The notes under the pieces were generated by a model. The model saw only the letters and a list, made by a program, of their open reading frames with translations. It was not told the DNA's origin and made no database searches. Shown piece by piece: positions 26,416 to 34,961 of a DNA stretch of 64,000 bases. Position numbers and translations under genes: made by a program. Origin of the DNA: an uncultured Spirochaetota bacterium (GTDB taxonomy: Bacteria > Spirochaetota > Spirochaetia > SZUA-6 > Fen-1364); assembly GCA_963820525.1 (NCBI GenBank), contig CAWGAA010000001.1:2144001-2208000 (forward strand), written 5' to 3'. Positions within the stretch are counted from its first letter, which is position 1. Every line of letters starts with the position of its first letter.

Positions 26416-27636
26416 ATGCAAAACTCATCCAGAGATCTCCCCCGCACGCTTTATAACGTGGGAGCCTTGGTCGCCGGAGGCGACTACCAGGGTCTCGGCA
26501 TCGTCCGCAGCCTCGGGCGCCAGGGCCTGCCCGTCTGCGTGATCGATGACGAGCCCTCCATCTCCCGCTTCTCGCGATACACGTCCCGCTATCTTCGTCT
26601 AGACGACATGCGTGATCCCGACCGTATCGTGGAAAGCGTTCTTTCGATCGGCCGCAAGCACGCTCTCCACGGATGGGTCCTCTATCCCACCCGGGACGAG
26701 ATCGTCGCCGCATTCTCCCGCCGCCGCGAGGAGCTTTCCGAGATCTATCGAGTGCCGACGCCGGGCTGGAACACCGTGAAAGCGGCATGGGACAAGCGCC
26801 AGACCTATGCCATCGCCTGCGAGCTGGGCATTCCCACCCCGCGAACGCAGTTCGCCAGTGACGCCCTCGCCCTGTCCCGGCAGGTCGTCGAGATGCCGGT
26901 GGCGCTCAAGCCCGCCATCAAGGAGCACTTCATCTACACTACGCGGGTAAAGGCGCTCCGCGCCGACAGCCGGGAAGAGCTCGAGGCGCTCTATGACCGG
27001 GTCTGCACCGTCATCCCGGGGGACGAGGTGTTGCTCCAGGAGCTGATCCCGGGAAGCGGTGAGAGCCAGTTCAGCTACTGCACCTTCTTCAAGAACGGCG
27101 CGCCGCTGGCTAAGATGACGGCCCGCCGCGTCCGCCAGCACCCCATGGATTTCGGCCGTTCCAGCACGTACGTGGAGACCGTTGAAATACCGGAGATCGA
27201 GGGCCCCTCGGAGCGGTTCCTCTCCGCCATCGACTACTATGGCCTTGCGGAGCTCGAGTACAAGTACGACGCGCGCGACCGGCAGTACAAGCTTCTGGAC
27301 GTGAACCTTCGCACATGGGGCTACCATTCGATCGGCAGGCGGGCCGGGGTGGACTTCCCCTACCTGCTGTTCCGCGATCAGATGGGCGAAGAGGTGGAGC
27401 CGTGCCGCGCCGAGACGGGAATCCGCTGGATCCGCATTTCAACGGACCTTCCCACGGCCCTGGGAGAGGTCCTCCGCGGCCGCATGGCCATGCGGGCGTT
27501 TCTCCGCAGCCTCAAGGGGCTCAACATCGAGGCCGTTTTCGAGCGCGGGGACCTGCTCCCCGCGTTTGCCGAGTTCCTGCACCTGCCGTACCTGTACCGC
27601 ACGCGCGGCACGAGCGGCTGGGGGAAGGAGAAGTGA
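26416..27636 (+). CDS. ATP-grasp carboxylate-amine ligase (D-aspartate-ligase-like family)
   Basis: GLGIVRSLGRQG, LYPTRDE, DKRQTY, ALKPA, LLQELIPG, ELEYKYDARD..YKLLDVNLR. Confidence 0.85.
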   Translation: MQNSSRDLPRTLYNVGALVAGGDYQGLGIVRSLGRQGLPVCVIDDEPSISRFSRYTSRYLRLDDMRDPDRIVESVLSIGRKHALHGWVLYPTRDEIVAAFSRRREELSEIYRVPTPGWNTVKAAWDKRQTYAIACELGIPTPRTQFASDALALSRQVVEMPVALKPAIKEHFIYTTRVKALRADSREELEALYDRVCTVIPGDEVLLQELIPGSGESQFSYCTFFKNGAPLAKMTARRVRQHPMDFGRSSTYVETVEIPEIEGPSERFLSAIDYYGLAELEYKYDARDRQYKLLDVNLRTWGYHSIGRRAGVDFPYLLFRDQMGEEVEPCRAETGIRWIRISTDLPTALGEVLRGRMAMRAFLRSLKGLNIEAVFERGDLLPAFAEFLHLPYLYRTRGTSGWGKEK

Positions 27637-28790
27637 TGGGCAAAGCTTCCGCCGTCGCGATTATCGGGGCCGGACCCTACGCGCTTTCCACGGCGGCATT
27701 CCTCAAGCGCGCCGGCGTTGAGGCGATGCTGTTCGGCGAGCTCATGGGCTTCTGGAGAAAGATGCCCCAGGGGATGTTCCTGAGGTCATTCAGAAAAGCC
27801 TCCAACATCGCGGACCCCGAAGGGGTCCTGACCCTCGAAAATTTCGAGCGTTCGACGGGATGCCGGGTGCCCTCCCCTATTCCGCTTGAAAGCTTCACCG
27901 CCTATGGCGATTGGTTTCGCGAGCGGGCGGGGATCAATGTGGACCCTCGACGGGTCACGCTCGTTGAAAAGGCCGGCGCCGTATTCAGGCTCCGCCTGAG
28001 CGACGGGGGGTACGTGGAGGCCGACCGCCTCGTCGTGGCATGCGGCATCTCCTCTTTCGCGTGGAGGCCCCCGCTGTTCGACGGCCTGGACGCGGCGTAC
28101 GTGTCGCATACATCGCAGCACGTCCGCTTCGACGGTTTCCGCGGCATGAGCGTGCTCGTCGTGGGCGGCGGCCAGAGCGCATTGGAGGACGCCGCCCTGC
28201 TCAACGAGTCCGGGGCGGCCGTCGAGGTCGTCGTTCGAAGAGGGGAGCTTCGCTTCCTCCGCGGGGAGCGATTCTACGAGAGCAGAGTGCTCTACCCCTC
28301 CTGGGGCGTCGGCCCCCCGGCGCTGAACCGCGTCATGGGCCGGCCCGCCGTATTCCGCCTGCTGCCCTCCTGGATCGGCCAGCCGCTTGCGCAGAGGGCC
28401 ATACGCCCGGCGGCCGCCGCGTGGCTGCGCCCGCGCCTGGAGAGCGTCAGGCTCACGATGGGGCAGAACGTCGAGAGAATACGCCGATGCAATAGCGGGG
28501 TCGAGGTTCGGTTGGACGGAGGCGACAGGCGGATTGTCGACCACGTGCTCCTGGGGACCGGCTACCGCATCGATCTCACTCGGCTGGAGCTGCTCGCCCC
28601 CGAGCTCCTGCGGCGGATCAAGCTGTTCGGGGGCTCGCCGTCGCTTTCGCCGCGGTTCGAGTCGAGCGTGGAAGGCCTGCATTTCGTCGGGGCGCTTGCC
28701 GCGGCAAGCTGCGGCCCCGGGCTGCGCTTCGTGTCGCACACGGGATTCGCGGCGCGGGCGATCGAAAAGAGCGTTCGGCAAAAAGAATAG
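27636..28790 (+). CDS. FAD/NAD(P)-dependent oxidoreductase (class B flavoprotein monooxygenase-like)
   Basis: IIGAGPY and VVGGGQSA dinucleotide-binding motifs. FWRKMPQGMFLRS, LLGTGY, GLHFVG. TGATG coupling to the ATP-grasp gene. Confidence 0.85.
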   Translation: MGKASAVAIIGAGPYALSTAAFLKRAGVEAMLFGELMGFWRKMPQGMFLRSFRKASNIADPEGVLTLENFERSTGCRVPSPIPLESFTAYGDWFRERAGINVDPRRVTLVEKAGAVFRLRLSDGGYVEADRLVVACGISSFAWRPPLFDGLDAAYVSHTSQHVRFDGFRGMSVLVVGGGQSALEDAALLNESGAAVEVVVRRGELRFLRGERFYESRVLYPSWGVGPPALNRVMGRPAVFRLLPSWIGQPLAQRAIRPAAAAWLRPRLESVRLTMGQNVERIRRCNSGVEVRLDGGDRRIVDHVLLGTGYRIDLTRLELLAPELLRRIKLFGGSPSLSPRFESSVEGLHFVGALAAASCGPGLRFVSHTGFAARAIEKSVRQKE

Positions 28791-28821
28791 ATGGAGGGAG
28801 AGGGGGAGGGTTGAGGAGGGA

Positions 28822-30102
28822 TTAGAGGGATTTCATCAGGGCGTCATAGTGAGCGGCAATTGTTTTTTCAATGTCTTCGGGGGTATGCGCCAGGGAAAGG
28901 AAGACCGCCTCGTACTGCGAGGGGGCGAGGGAGACCCCGTTTTCGAGCATGCGAGAGAAATATCGCGAAAACTTGTCCGTGTCCGAGGTCCTGGCCGAAT
29001 CGGCGTCGAACACTTTAGCGGCGGTGAAAAACATGCACATCATCGAGCCGACGCGATTCAGGCTGTACGGGAGGCCCAGGTCCTTCAGATTGGCGGCGAA
29101 GCCTCCCTCGAGCATCGCGGCTTTCCGCTCGAGAGCCTCGTAGGCGCCGGGAGCCTTGAGGATCGAGATCGTCGCCAGGCCGGCCGCCAGGGCGACGGGA
29201 TTTCCCGAAAGGGTGCCGGCCTGGTACACGGGGCCCTGCGGCGCCAGGAGCTCCATGATGCCGGCCCTGCCGCCGAACGCGCCGACGGGGAATCCTCCGC
29301 CGATGATCTTTCCCAGGCAGGTGAGATCCGGCTTGATTCCGTAGAGCTCCTGGGCTCCGCCCAGCGCCACCCTGAATCCGGTGATCACCTCGTCAAAGAT
29401 CAGAAGGACGCCTTCCCGCTGCGTCAGCGCCCTGAGGTTTTTCAGGAAATCACCCCGGGGCGGAATGACCCCGATGTTGCCCGCCACGGGCTCGACGATG
29501 ACGGCGGCCACCCTGCCCCGATGCTTCTCGAGCAGGCGCTCCACGGAGCCGATGTCATTGTAGCGCGCCACCAGGGTGTCCTGCGCCGTCGCGCGGGTCA
29601 CGCCGGGGCACTGTGAAATGCCGTAGGTGGCCAGCCCCGATCCGGCGCTCACCAGAAACCCGTCCGCGTGGCCGTGGTAGCACCCGTCGAACTTGATGAC
29701 GGCGTCCCTTCCCGTGAAGGCCCTCGCCAGGCGCACGGCGCTCATCGTCGCCTCGGTGCCCGAGTTGACCATCCGCACCCGCTCGATCGAGGGGTAGATC
29801 TCCGTGATGAGCCGGGCCATCTCGAGCTCCAGCTCCGTGTTGGCGCCGAAGCTGGTGCCTTTCGGCACGATGGCGCAAACCGCCTCGATCACCCGCGGAT
29901 CCGCGTGGCCGAGAATGAGGGGCCCCCAGGAACAGATGTAGTCGATGTACTCCCGGCCGTCCACGTCGACGATGCGCGAGCCCCTGCCGCTCTCGATGTA
30001 CAGGGGAGTCCTTCCGACCGACCTGTACGCGCGCACCGGGCTGTTTACGCCGCCCGGAATGTACCGCAGGGCTTCGCGGAACAGGCTCTCAGATCTCTTC
30101 AT
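28822..30102 (-). CDS. hemL: Glutamate-1-semialdehyde 2,1-aminomutase
   Basis: IPGGVNSPVRA, SWGPLILGHA, NSGTEATMSA, FDGCYHGH, FDEVITGFR, LGKIIGGG (PLP Lys), YQAGTLSGNP. Confidence 0.95.
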   Translation of the reverse strand: MKRSESLFREALRYIPGGVNSPVRAYRSVGRTPLYIESGRGSRIVDVDGREYIDYICSWGPLILGHADPRVIEAVCAIVPKGTSFGANTELELEMARLITEIYPSIERVRMVNSGTEATMSAVRLARAFTGRDAVIKFDGCYHGHADGFLVSAGSGLATYGISQCPGVTRATAQDTLVARYNDIGSVERLLEKHRGRVAAVIVEPVAGNIGVIPPRGDFLKNLRALTQREGVLLIFDEVITGFRVALGGAQELYGIKPDLTCLGKIIGGGFPVGAFGGRAGIMELLAPQGPVYQAGTLSGNPVALAAGLATISILKAPGAYEALERKAAMLEGGFAANLKDLGLPYSLNRVGSMMCMFFTAAKVFDADSARTSDTDKFSRYFSRMLENGVSLAPSQYEAVFLSLAHTPEDIEKTIAAHYDALMKSL

Positions 30103-30709
30103 GGCGGCTCCCGCCATCGGAGCCTGATCCCAGCACCTCGCCCTCCGCCTTCCACTTGCGGAAAAGCTCCAGCTCGATGCCGTAGAGGTCCAGGATCTTG
30201 CCGATGGTATGGTTCACCAGCTCCCCCACCGTGCTCGGCCTGAAGTAGAAGGCGGGAACGGGCGGCAGGATCACCGCCCCCATCTCCGTGGCGCGCTCCA
30301 TGAGCCTGAGGTGCCCGATATGGTACGGGGTCTCGCGCACGGCCAGCACCAGCCTGCGCCGCTCCTTGAGGGTGACGTCCGCCGCGCGGTCAAGAAGTGT
30401 CGAGCAGCCGGAGTTGGCTACAGCGGAGAGAGTCCGGATGGAACAGGGGATCACCACCATCCCGTCGGCCGGGAAGGTGCCGCTGGAAATGCGCGCGGCA
30501 AGGTCCTCGTTGTCGTAGACGAAGGAGGCCAGGGAGGTGACCTCGCTCAGGGGATACGAGGTCTCGATATCGATCGTCCTCTCCGCCCACCGGGTTACCA
30601 CCAGGTGCGTCTCCACGCGTCCCTTCAGCGCTTCCAGCATCCGGATGCCATAGATGGCGCCCGATGCCCCCGTGATGCCGACGATCAATCTCTTCGTTCC
30701 AAAGGCCAC
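30089..30709 (-). CDS. ubiX: Flavin prenyltransferase
   Basis: GTG start. IVGITGASGAIYG, ARISSG, VIPCS, RAADVTLKERRRLVLAVRETP, PPVPAFY. Confidence 0.93.
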   Translation of the reverse strand: MAFGTKRLIVGITGASGAIYGIRMLEALKGRVETHLVVTRWAERTIDIETSYPLSEVTSLASFVYDNEDLAARISSGTFPADGMVVIPCSIRTLSAVANSGCSTLLDRAADVTLKERRRLVLAVRETPYHIGHLRLMERATEMGAVILPPVPAFYFRPSTVGELVNHTIGKILDLYGIELELFRKWKAEGEVLGSGSDGGSRHEEI

Positions 30710-30714
30710 TGTTC

Positions 30715-31764
30715 CTACTCTCCCTTCGAACCGAAGATCCTGTGCGCCCTTCCCGCCAGCTGGAAGAGCCGGAAGGCCTGATGCCTGAGAAGCGCTGTCT
30801 GGACGCGGTGGCGGATGCGGGAGCCGTGGAAGTCCGTCATGCCGATCTTGGAAAGAAGGCAGTACAGCATGTGGTCTTCCGCTCCCGGCCTTCCCACCGC
30901 CGTCCCGCGGAATATCGCATCGCTCCTCATGGAAATGGCGCTGACGCGGAACAGGCGGCAATCGGGGTTGACGCTTGTAACCCCCGCGTAATCCATGTAG
31001 GGGCCGTCGCTCACCGGCCTTCCGGTCTCGATAATGCCCTCCAGGACGATCTCGGATGATGCGGGGACTTCCATTGCGATGGTGGAGCACTTCGTGAGCT
31101 CCACCGGCTTTCCGGCAAGACCGCCGGCAAGGGCGAGCTCGTCCACGCCGTACGGAGGCGCGGCGCCGGCAGAGATCATGAGCGTCTCGCTCACCCCGAT
31201 GGCCACCGCCATGGCGAGCGGCGCGCCGGCCTTCTCCGCCTTGGCGACGTGCCGGGAAAGGTGGCTCCTCGGAGAGAAGCTCACCGTGGCCGCATCCTTT
31301 CCCGCCAGCATCATCCGGTATACCCCGACGTTCCGCCTCCCCGACTCGGGATCTACCGTGATGTTCAGGTGCCACGTGCCGACGTAGCGCTGGCCGTCTT
31401 CCCTGCTCCACCACGGAACGGGCAGCGCCGTGAGGTCGATGTCCCCGCCGGTAATGACGAGCTCCTTGACCGGCGCCCGATCCACCGTCACCGGCACGAT
31501 GGGGGAGCGGAACCTCTCCGCCACGACGCGGGCCGTTTCCCCCAGCGGCGAGCTTTCCTCAAGGCCGAGAGCCAGTGCGATCGTGGCGGGCTGGATCAGC
31601 CCATTGGTGAAGAGCCTCTTTCCGGGATAGCCGGCGATGTTCTCGAAGAGAAGGGGGGATCGCGTGGCTTTCAGGATGTCCCCGATCTCGTATTTCCAGC
31701 TTACCTCCCGCGTGACGCGCGTCAGGCGGCCGGAGCGCTCCAGGACCGAGATGAACTGCCGCAT
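30715..31764 (-). CDS. UbiD-family prFMN-dependent (de)carboxylase, unusually short (349 aa)
   Basis: LLFENI, DLTALPVP...DG..Y, NVGVYRM, VAIG, VPASSEIVLEG, DGPYMDYAG. Adjacent to ubiX. Confidence 0.88.
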   Translation of the reverse strand: MRQFISVLERSGRLTRVTREVSWKYEIGDILKATRSPLLFENIAGYPGKRLFTNGLIQPATIALALGLEESSPLGETARVVAERFRSPIVPVTVDRAPVKELVITGGDIDLTALPVPWWSREDGQRYVGTWHLNITVDPESGRRNVGVYRMMLAGKDAATVSFSPRSHLSRHVAKAEKAGAPLAMAVAIGVSETLMISAGAAPPYGVDELALAGGLAGKPVELTKCSTIAMEVPASSEIVLEGIIETGRPVSDGPYMDYAGVTSVNPDCRLFRVSAISMRSDAIFRGTAVGRPGAEDHMLYCLLSKIGMTDFHGSRIRHRVQTALLRHQAFRLFQLAGRAHRIFGSKGE

Positions 31765-31827
31765 ATCCGCTTCCCCTTTTTCCTTGAAAACCGTTTTCGA
31801 TCAAAGACCGCAGTCATCTCAATACTC

Positions 31828-32784
31828 TTAATACTCCATGCGGATGGTCAAGTGTTTCTTGAAGCCGTCCACCGCGGCAAGCCACGTGCCATCCTCCATC
31901 TGGACGGGATCCACGTGATGCATCCCGTGCCTCTCCCAGCCGGTGCCGTGCCCGCGCACGATCGGCGTTGATCGCGCGCCCTCCTCCCGGTAGCTCGTCC
32001 GGGAGAGCTCGACTATCCTGATGGCCCGCACCGACTTGCCGTAACCGCGGCAACCGTCCTGGGCAAACCTCACAATGCCCTGCGGGGTCACGATAACCCT
32101 TCCTCCCGGCCGCGCTATCGAGGAATCCCCCTGGACAATGGGATTTCGCGGGTGGGAAACCCACGGCCCCGGGAGGCTTTCGGCATAGTAGAGCCGAAGC
32201 TCGTCGGACTTTCCGGCCTGCACGCTGCTGAACATCCACCACAGGCCGTCGTAACAGAACAGGGAGGTGTCGGCGAACTCACCCTCCAGAAGGTCGGCGA
32301 CATGCCGCCAGTCCCTCGGGAAGGCCTGTGCGCTGTAGAGGCGGATTCTGCCTGCCGCGATGCTCTCAGGGACGAGGTAGTGCCGTCCCTCCGCCGAGAA
32401 GACATAGGGATAGGAGAGATGGTACGGCTCGGCCAGCACTATTCCCCCATAGTTCCACCGCAAACCGTCGGGGCTCCAGGACATCCCGATCTCTCCCTTT
32501 CGGGAGAGTGAGTTCAACACCTCGTAGAACATGTACCATGTGCCGGCGTACCGGACAATGAATGGATCCGCCACGAACCGCGCGGGCACGTCGCGCACGT
32601 GGGTCCGGGTGATGACGGGATTGGAGGCCCGCGCATCCGGCGAAAGGCTGTTCGGCGCGTGTCCCGAATAGATTCCGATGGCATACTCCTGCATCGTATC
32701 GAAGCTGAGCCGATGCCTGCGCAGGAATAGGAAGCCCGCCACCGCGACGACGGCGATGGCGAGGACGATAAGGGCGTATTTCAT
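31828..32784 (-). CDS. Membrane-anchored five-bladed beta-propeller (GH43-like / GINT1 N-terminal-like) protein
   Basis: N-terminal TM. NPVIT, FVADPF, HLSYPYVF, LVPES, HPRNPIV, ARPGG, GMHHVD. Confidence 0.75.
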   Translation of the reverse strand: MKYALIVLAIAVVAVAGFLFLRRHRLSFDTMQEYAIGIYSGHAPNSLSPDARASNPVITRTHVRDVPARFVADPFIVRYAGTWYMFYEVLNSLSRKGEIGMSWSPDGLRWNYGGIVLAEPYHLSYPYVFSAEGRHYLVPESIAAGRIRLYSAQAFPRDWRHVADLLEGEFADTSLFCYDGLWWMFSSVQAGKSDELRLYYAESLPGPWVSHPRNPIVQGDSSIARPGGRVIVTPQGIVRFAQDGCRGYGKSVRAIRIVELSRTSYREEGARSTPIVRGHGTGWERHGMHHVDPVQMEDGTWLAAVDGFKKHLTIRMEY

Positions 32785-32801
32785 GACCTTCCCTTGCCTT
32801 T

Positions 32802-33953
32802 TCAGGCGCTGCGTCTCTCCGCGGCCGACCGCGCTTTCTCCGCGCTCTTTTCCGAGAGCTCCCTGTACATCCGCTCGTGCGCCTGCACGAAGTTCCTGAA
32901 ATGGAAACGCTCCTCGACGATCTGCCTGCCCCGCTCCCCCATCAATCGGGCTTTTACCGGGTCGCCGAGAATGGAGATGAGGGCCCCGGCGAGCTTGTTC
33001 GGCTGGAAGGGGGGAACGAGCAGGCCGGTGCGGCCGTCTTCCACCACCTCGGAGATTCCACCCACGTCGGATGCAACCACGGGAAGCCCTGAAGCCATTG
33101 CCTCGACGATCGCAACGCTGAGCCCTTCGGTGCGGGAGGGAAGGACGAAGAGGTCCATCCGGGCAAGCTCGTCGAAAACCTCTTTCCGGTAGCCCGCGAA
33201 CTCCACGGCGTCCGAGAGGCCGATCTTTCGGGCGTACCCCTGCAGACGTCCGGCAAGGGGGCCGTCTCCGACAACGAGAAGGCGCGCCCGGGGGAAGCTC
33301 TCCCGAACCCGCTTCATGGCATCCAGGAGATCAACGTGCCGCTTCTCCTCGCTCAAGCGCGCCACGACGCCGATGACGGGAGCGCCGGGATCCCTTTGCT
33401 CTCGCGATTTGCCCGTCGACTTGGCCCCGCCGAAGGCGGGATAGATGATCCGGTAGGTATCCAGGTTTCTCGCGCCCACCCAATCGCGGCGCACCGCGTC
33501 CGCCACGAACACGCGACAGTCGGCCTTATCGCTCACCCAGTTGTTGAGCGGTTTGAGGAAAGCATCCCGGAATCTTCGCAACCTGCTGGGAGCCTGATTG
33601 CTCGTCGTGAGCTCGCAGGAGATGACCGCCGGCACGCCCGCGCGCCGGGCGGCGATTCCGCCGTAGATGTTGGTGTTCAGGCAGTAGGTCTGGACGATAT
33701 CCGGCGCGAGCCTGCCGAACAGGCTCGCGAGCTTCCCGATGAGGGCGGGGTTCTGCCAGCCCTCGGTATCCAGGTAGTACATGGGTATGTCGAGGCTGTC
33801 GAACTGATCGCTGATCTCGGCGGAGCGGTGCCCGTAGATGCAGACGCTCATGGCGAACCGGCTTCTGTCGATGGTGCGCGCCAGCGTGAGAAGATTGTCG
33901 TGGATCCCGTGAAACAGCCGCACGTCCTTCCAGACGTGCAGAACCTTGATCAT
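32802..33953 (-). CDS. GT4 glycosyltransferase
   Basis: VARLSEEKRH, VGDGPL, FVLPSRTEGLSVAIVEAMASGLPVVASDVGG. Confidence 0.92.
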   Translation of the reverse strand: MIKVLHVWKDVRLFHGIHDNLLTLARTIDRSRFAMSVCIYGHRSAEISDQFDSLDIPMYYLDTEGWQNPALIGKLASLFGRLAPDIVQTYCLNTNIYGGIAARRAGVPAVISCELTTSNQAPSRLRRFRDAFLKPLNNWVSDKADCRVFVADAVRRDWVGARNLDTYRIIYPAFGGAKSTGKSREQRDPGAPVIGVVARLSEEKRHVDLLDAMKRVRESFPRARLLVVGDGPLAGRLQGYARKIGLSDAVEFAGYRKEVFDELARMDLFVLPSRTEGLSVAIVEAMASGLPVVASDVGGISEVVEDGRTGLLVPPFQPNKLAGALISILGDPVKARLMGERGRQIVEERFHFRNFVQAHERMYRELSEKSAEKARSAAERRSA

Positions 33954-33966
33954 GATCTCGCCTCCG

Positions 33967-34944
33967 TTATTTCGTGCCGAGCCAGCGCGCCGCGTCCTTC
34001 GCGCTGTAGGAGATGATGAGATCGGCCCCGGCGCGCTTGAAGGCCGTCAACGCCTCCAGGGTGATCTCCCTTTCGTCGATGCGTCCCAGGGAGGCCGCCG
34101 CCTTGATCATCGCGTACTCGCCGCTCACGTTGTACACCGCGAGGGGAACGCCGAACGTCCGCTTGGCCCGGGAAACGATGTCGAGATAGAACATGGCGGG
34201 CTTCACCATGACGATGTCGGCCCCTTCCTCGATGTCGAGTGAGATCTCGCGCATCGCCTCCTCCGCGTTGCCGTAGTCCATCTGGTGGGACTTCTTGTCG
34301 CCGAAGCTCACCGCGGATTCGGTTCCATGCTTGAAGAACGGATCGTAGAGCTTGGAGGCGAACTTGGCCGAATAGCCCATCACCGCCGTCTCTGTGAAGC
34401 CGTTCTCGTCCAGGATCGACCTGATGGCCTTCACCTGGCCGTCGAGCATGGCGGCGGGGGCCACGATGTCGGAACCGGCCCGCGCGTGCGAAAGGGCGAC
34501 CTTCCCGAGCAGCTCCACGCTCTTGTCGTTTAGCAGATAGCCGTTGGCAAGGATGCCGCAGTGCCCATGCGGCGTGTATTCGCAGAGGCAGACGTCGGTG
34601 ACAACGACGATCCCCGGCACCTTCTCCCGGATCGTCTCCACGGCCTTCTGCACGATGCCGCCGGGGTCATAGCTTTCGCTCGCCATCTCGTCGCGCTTCT
34701 CGGGAATCCCGAAGAGCAGGACCGAGGGAATGCCCAGGTCCCGGATCTCCTTCACCTCGTCGGCGAGCCGGTCGATGGACAGGTGGTAGTTTCCGGGCAT
34801 CGAGTCGATCTCCTCTTTGACGCCGTATCCGTGGACGACGAACAGGGGGGAGATGAAATCGCGGGGGGCGAGCGACGTCTCGCGGACCATCTCGCGAATC
34901 GCGGGCGTCCGCCGCAGCCTTCTCATGCGCGTGACGGGGAACAT
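33967..34944 (-). CDS. hemB: Porphobilinogen synthase (ALA dehydratase), Zn-type, with divergent lid region
   Basis: RMRRLRR, DVCLCEYTPHGHCG (Zn ligands), YSAKF and MVKPA (both Schiff-base Lys), YNVSGEYAMIK, KRAGADLIISY. Confidence 0.93.
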   Translation of the reverse strand: MFPVTRMRRLRRTPAIREMVRETSLAPRDFISPLFVVHGYGVKEEIDSMPGNYHLSIDRLADEVKEIRDLGIPSVLLFGIPEKRDEMASESYDPGGIVQKAVETIREKVPGIVVVTDVCLCEYTPHGHCGILANGYLLNDKSVELLGKVALSHARAGSDIVAPAAMLDGQVKAIRSILDENGFTETAVMGYSAKFASKLYDPFFKHGTESAVSFGDKKSHQMDYGNAEEAMREISLDIEEGADIVMVKPAMFYLDIVSRAKRTFGVPLAVYNVSGEYAMIKAAASLGRIDEREITLEALTAFKRAGADLIISYSAKDAARWLGTK

Positions 34945-34961
34945 TGTTTTTCTCCTTTTCT

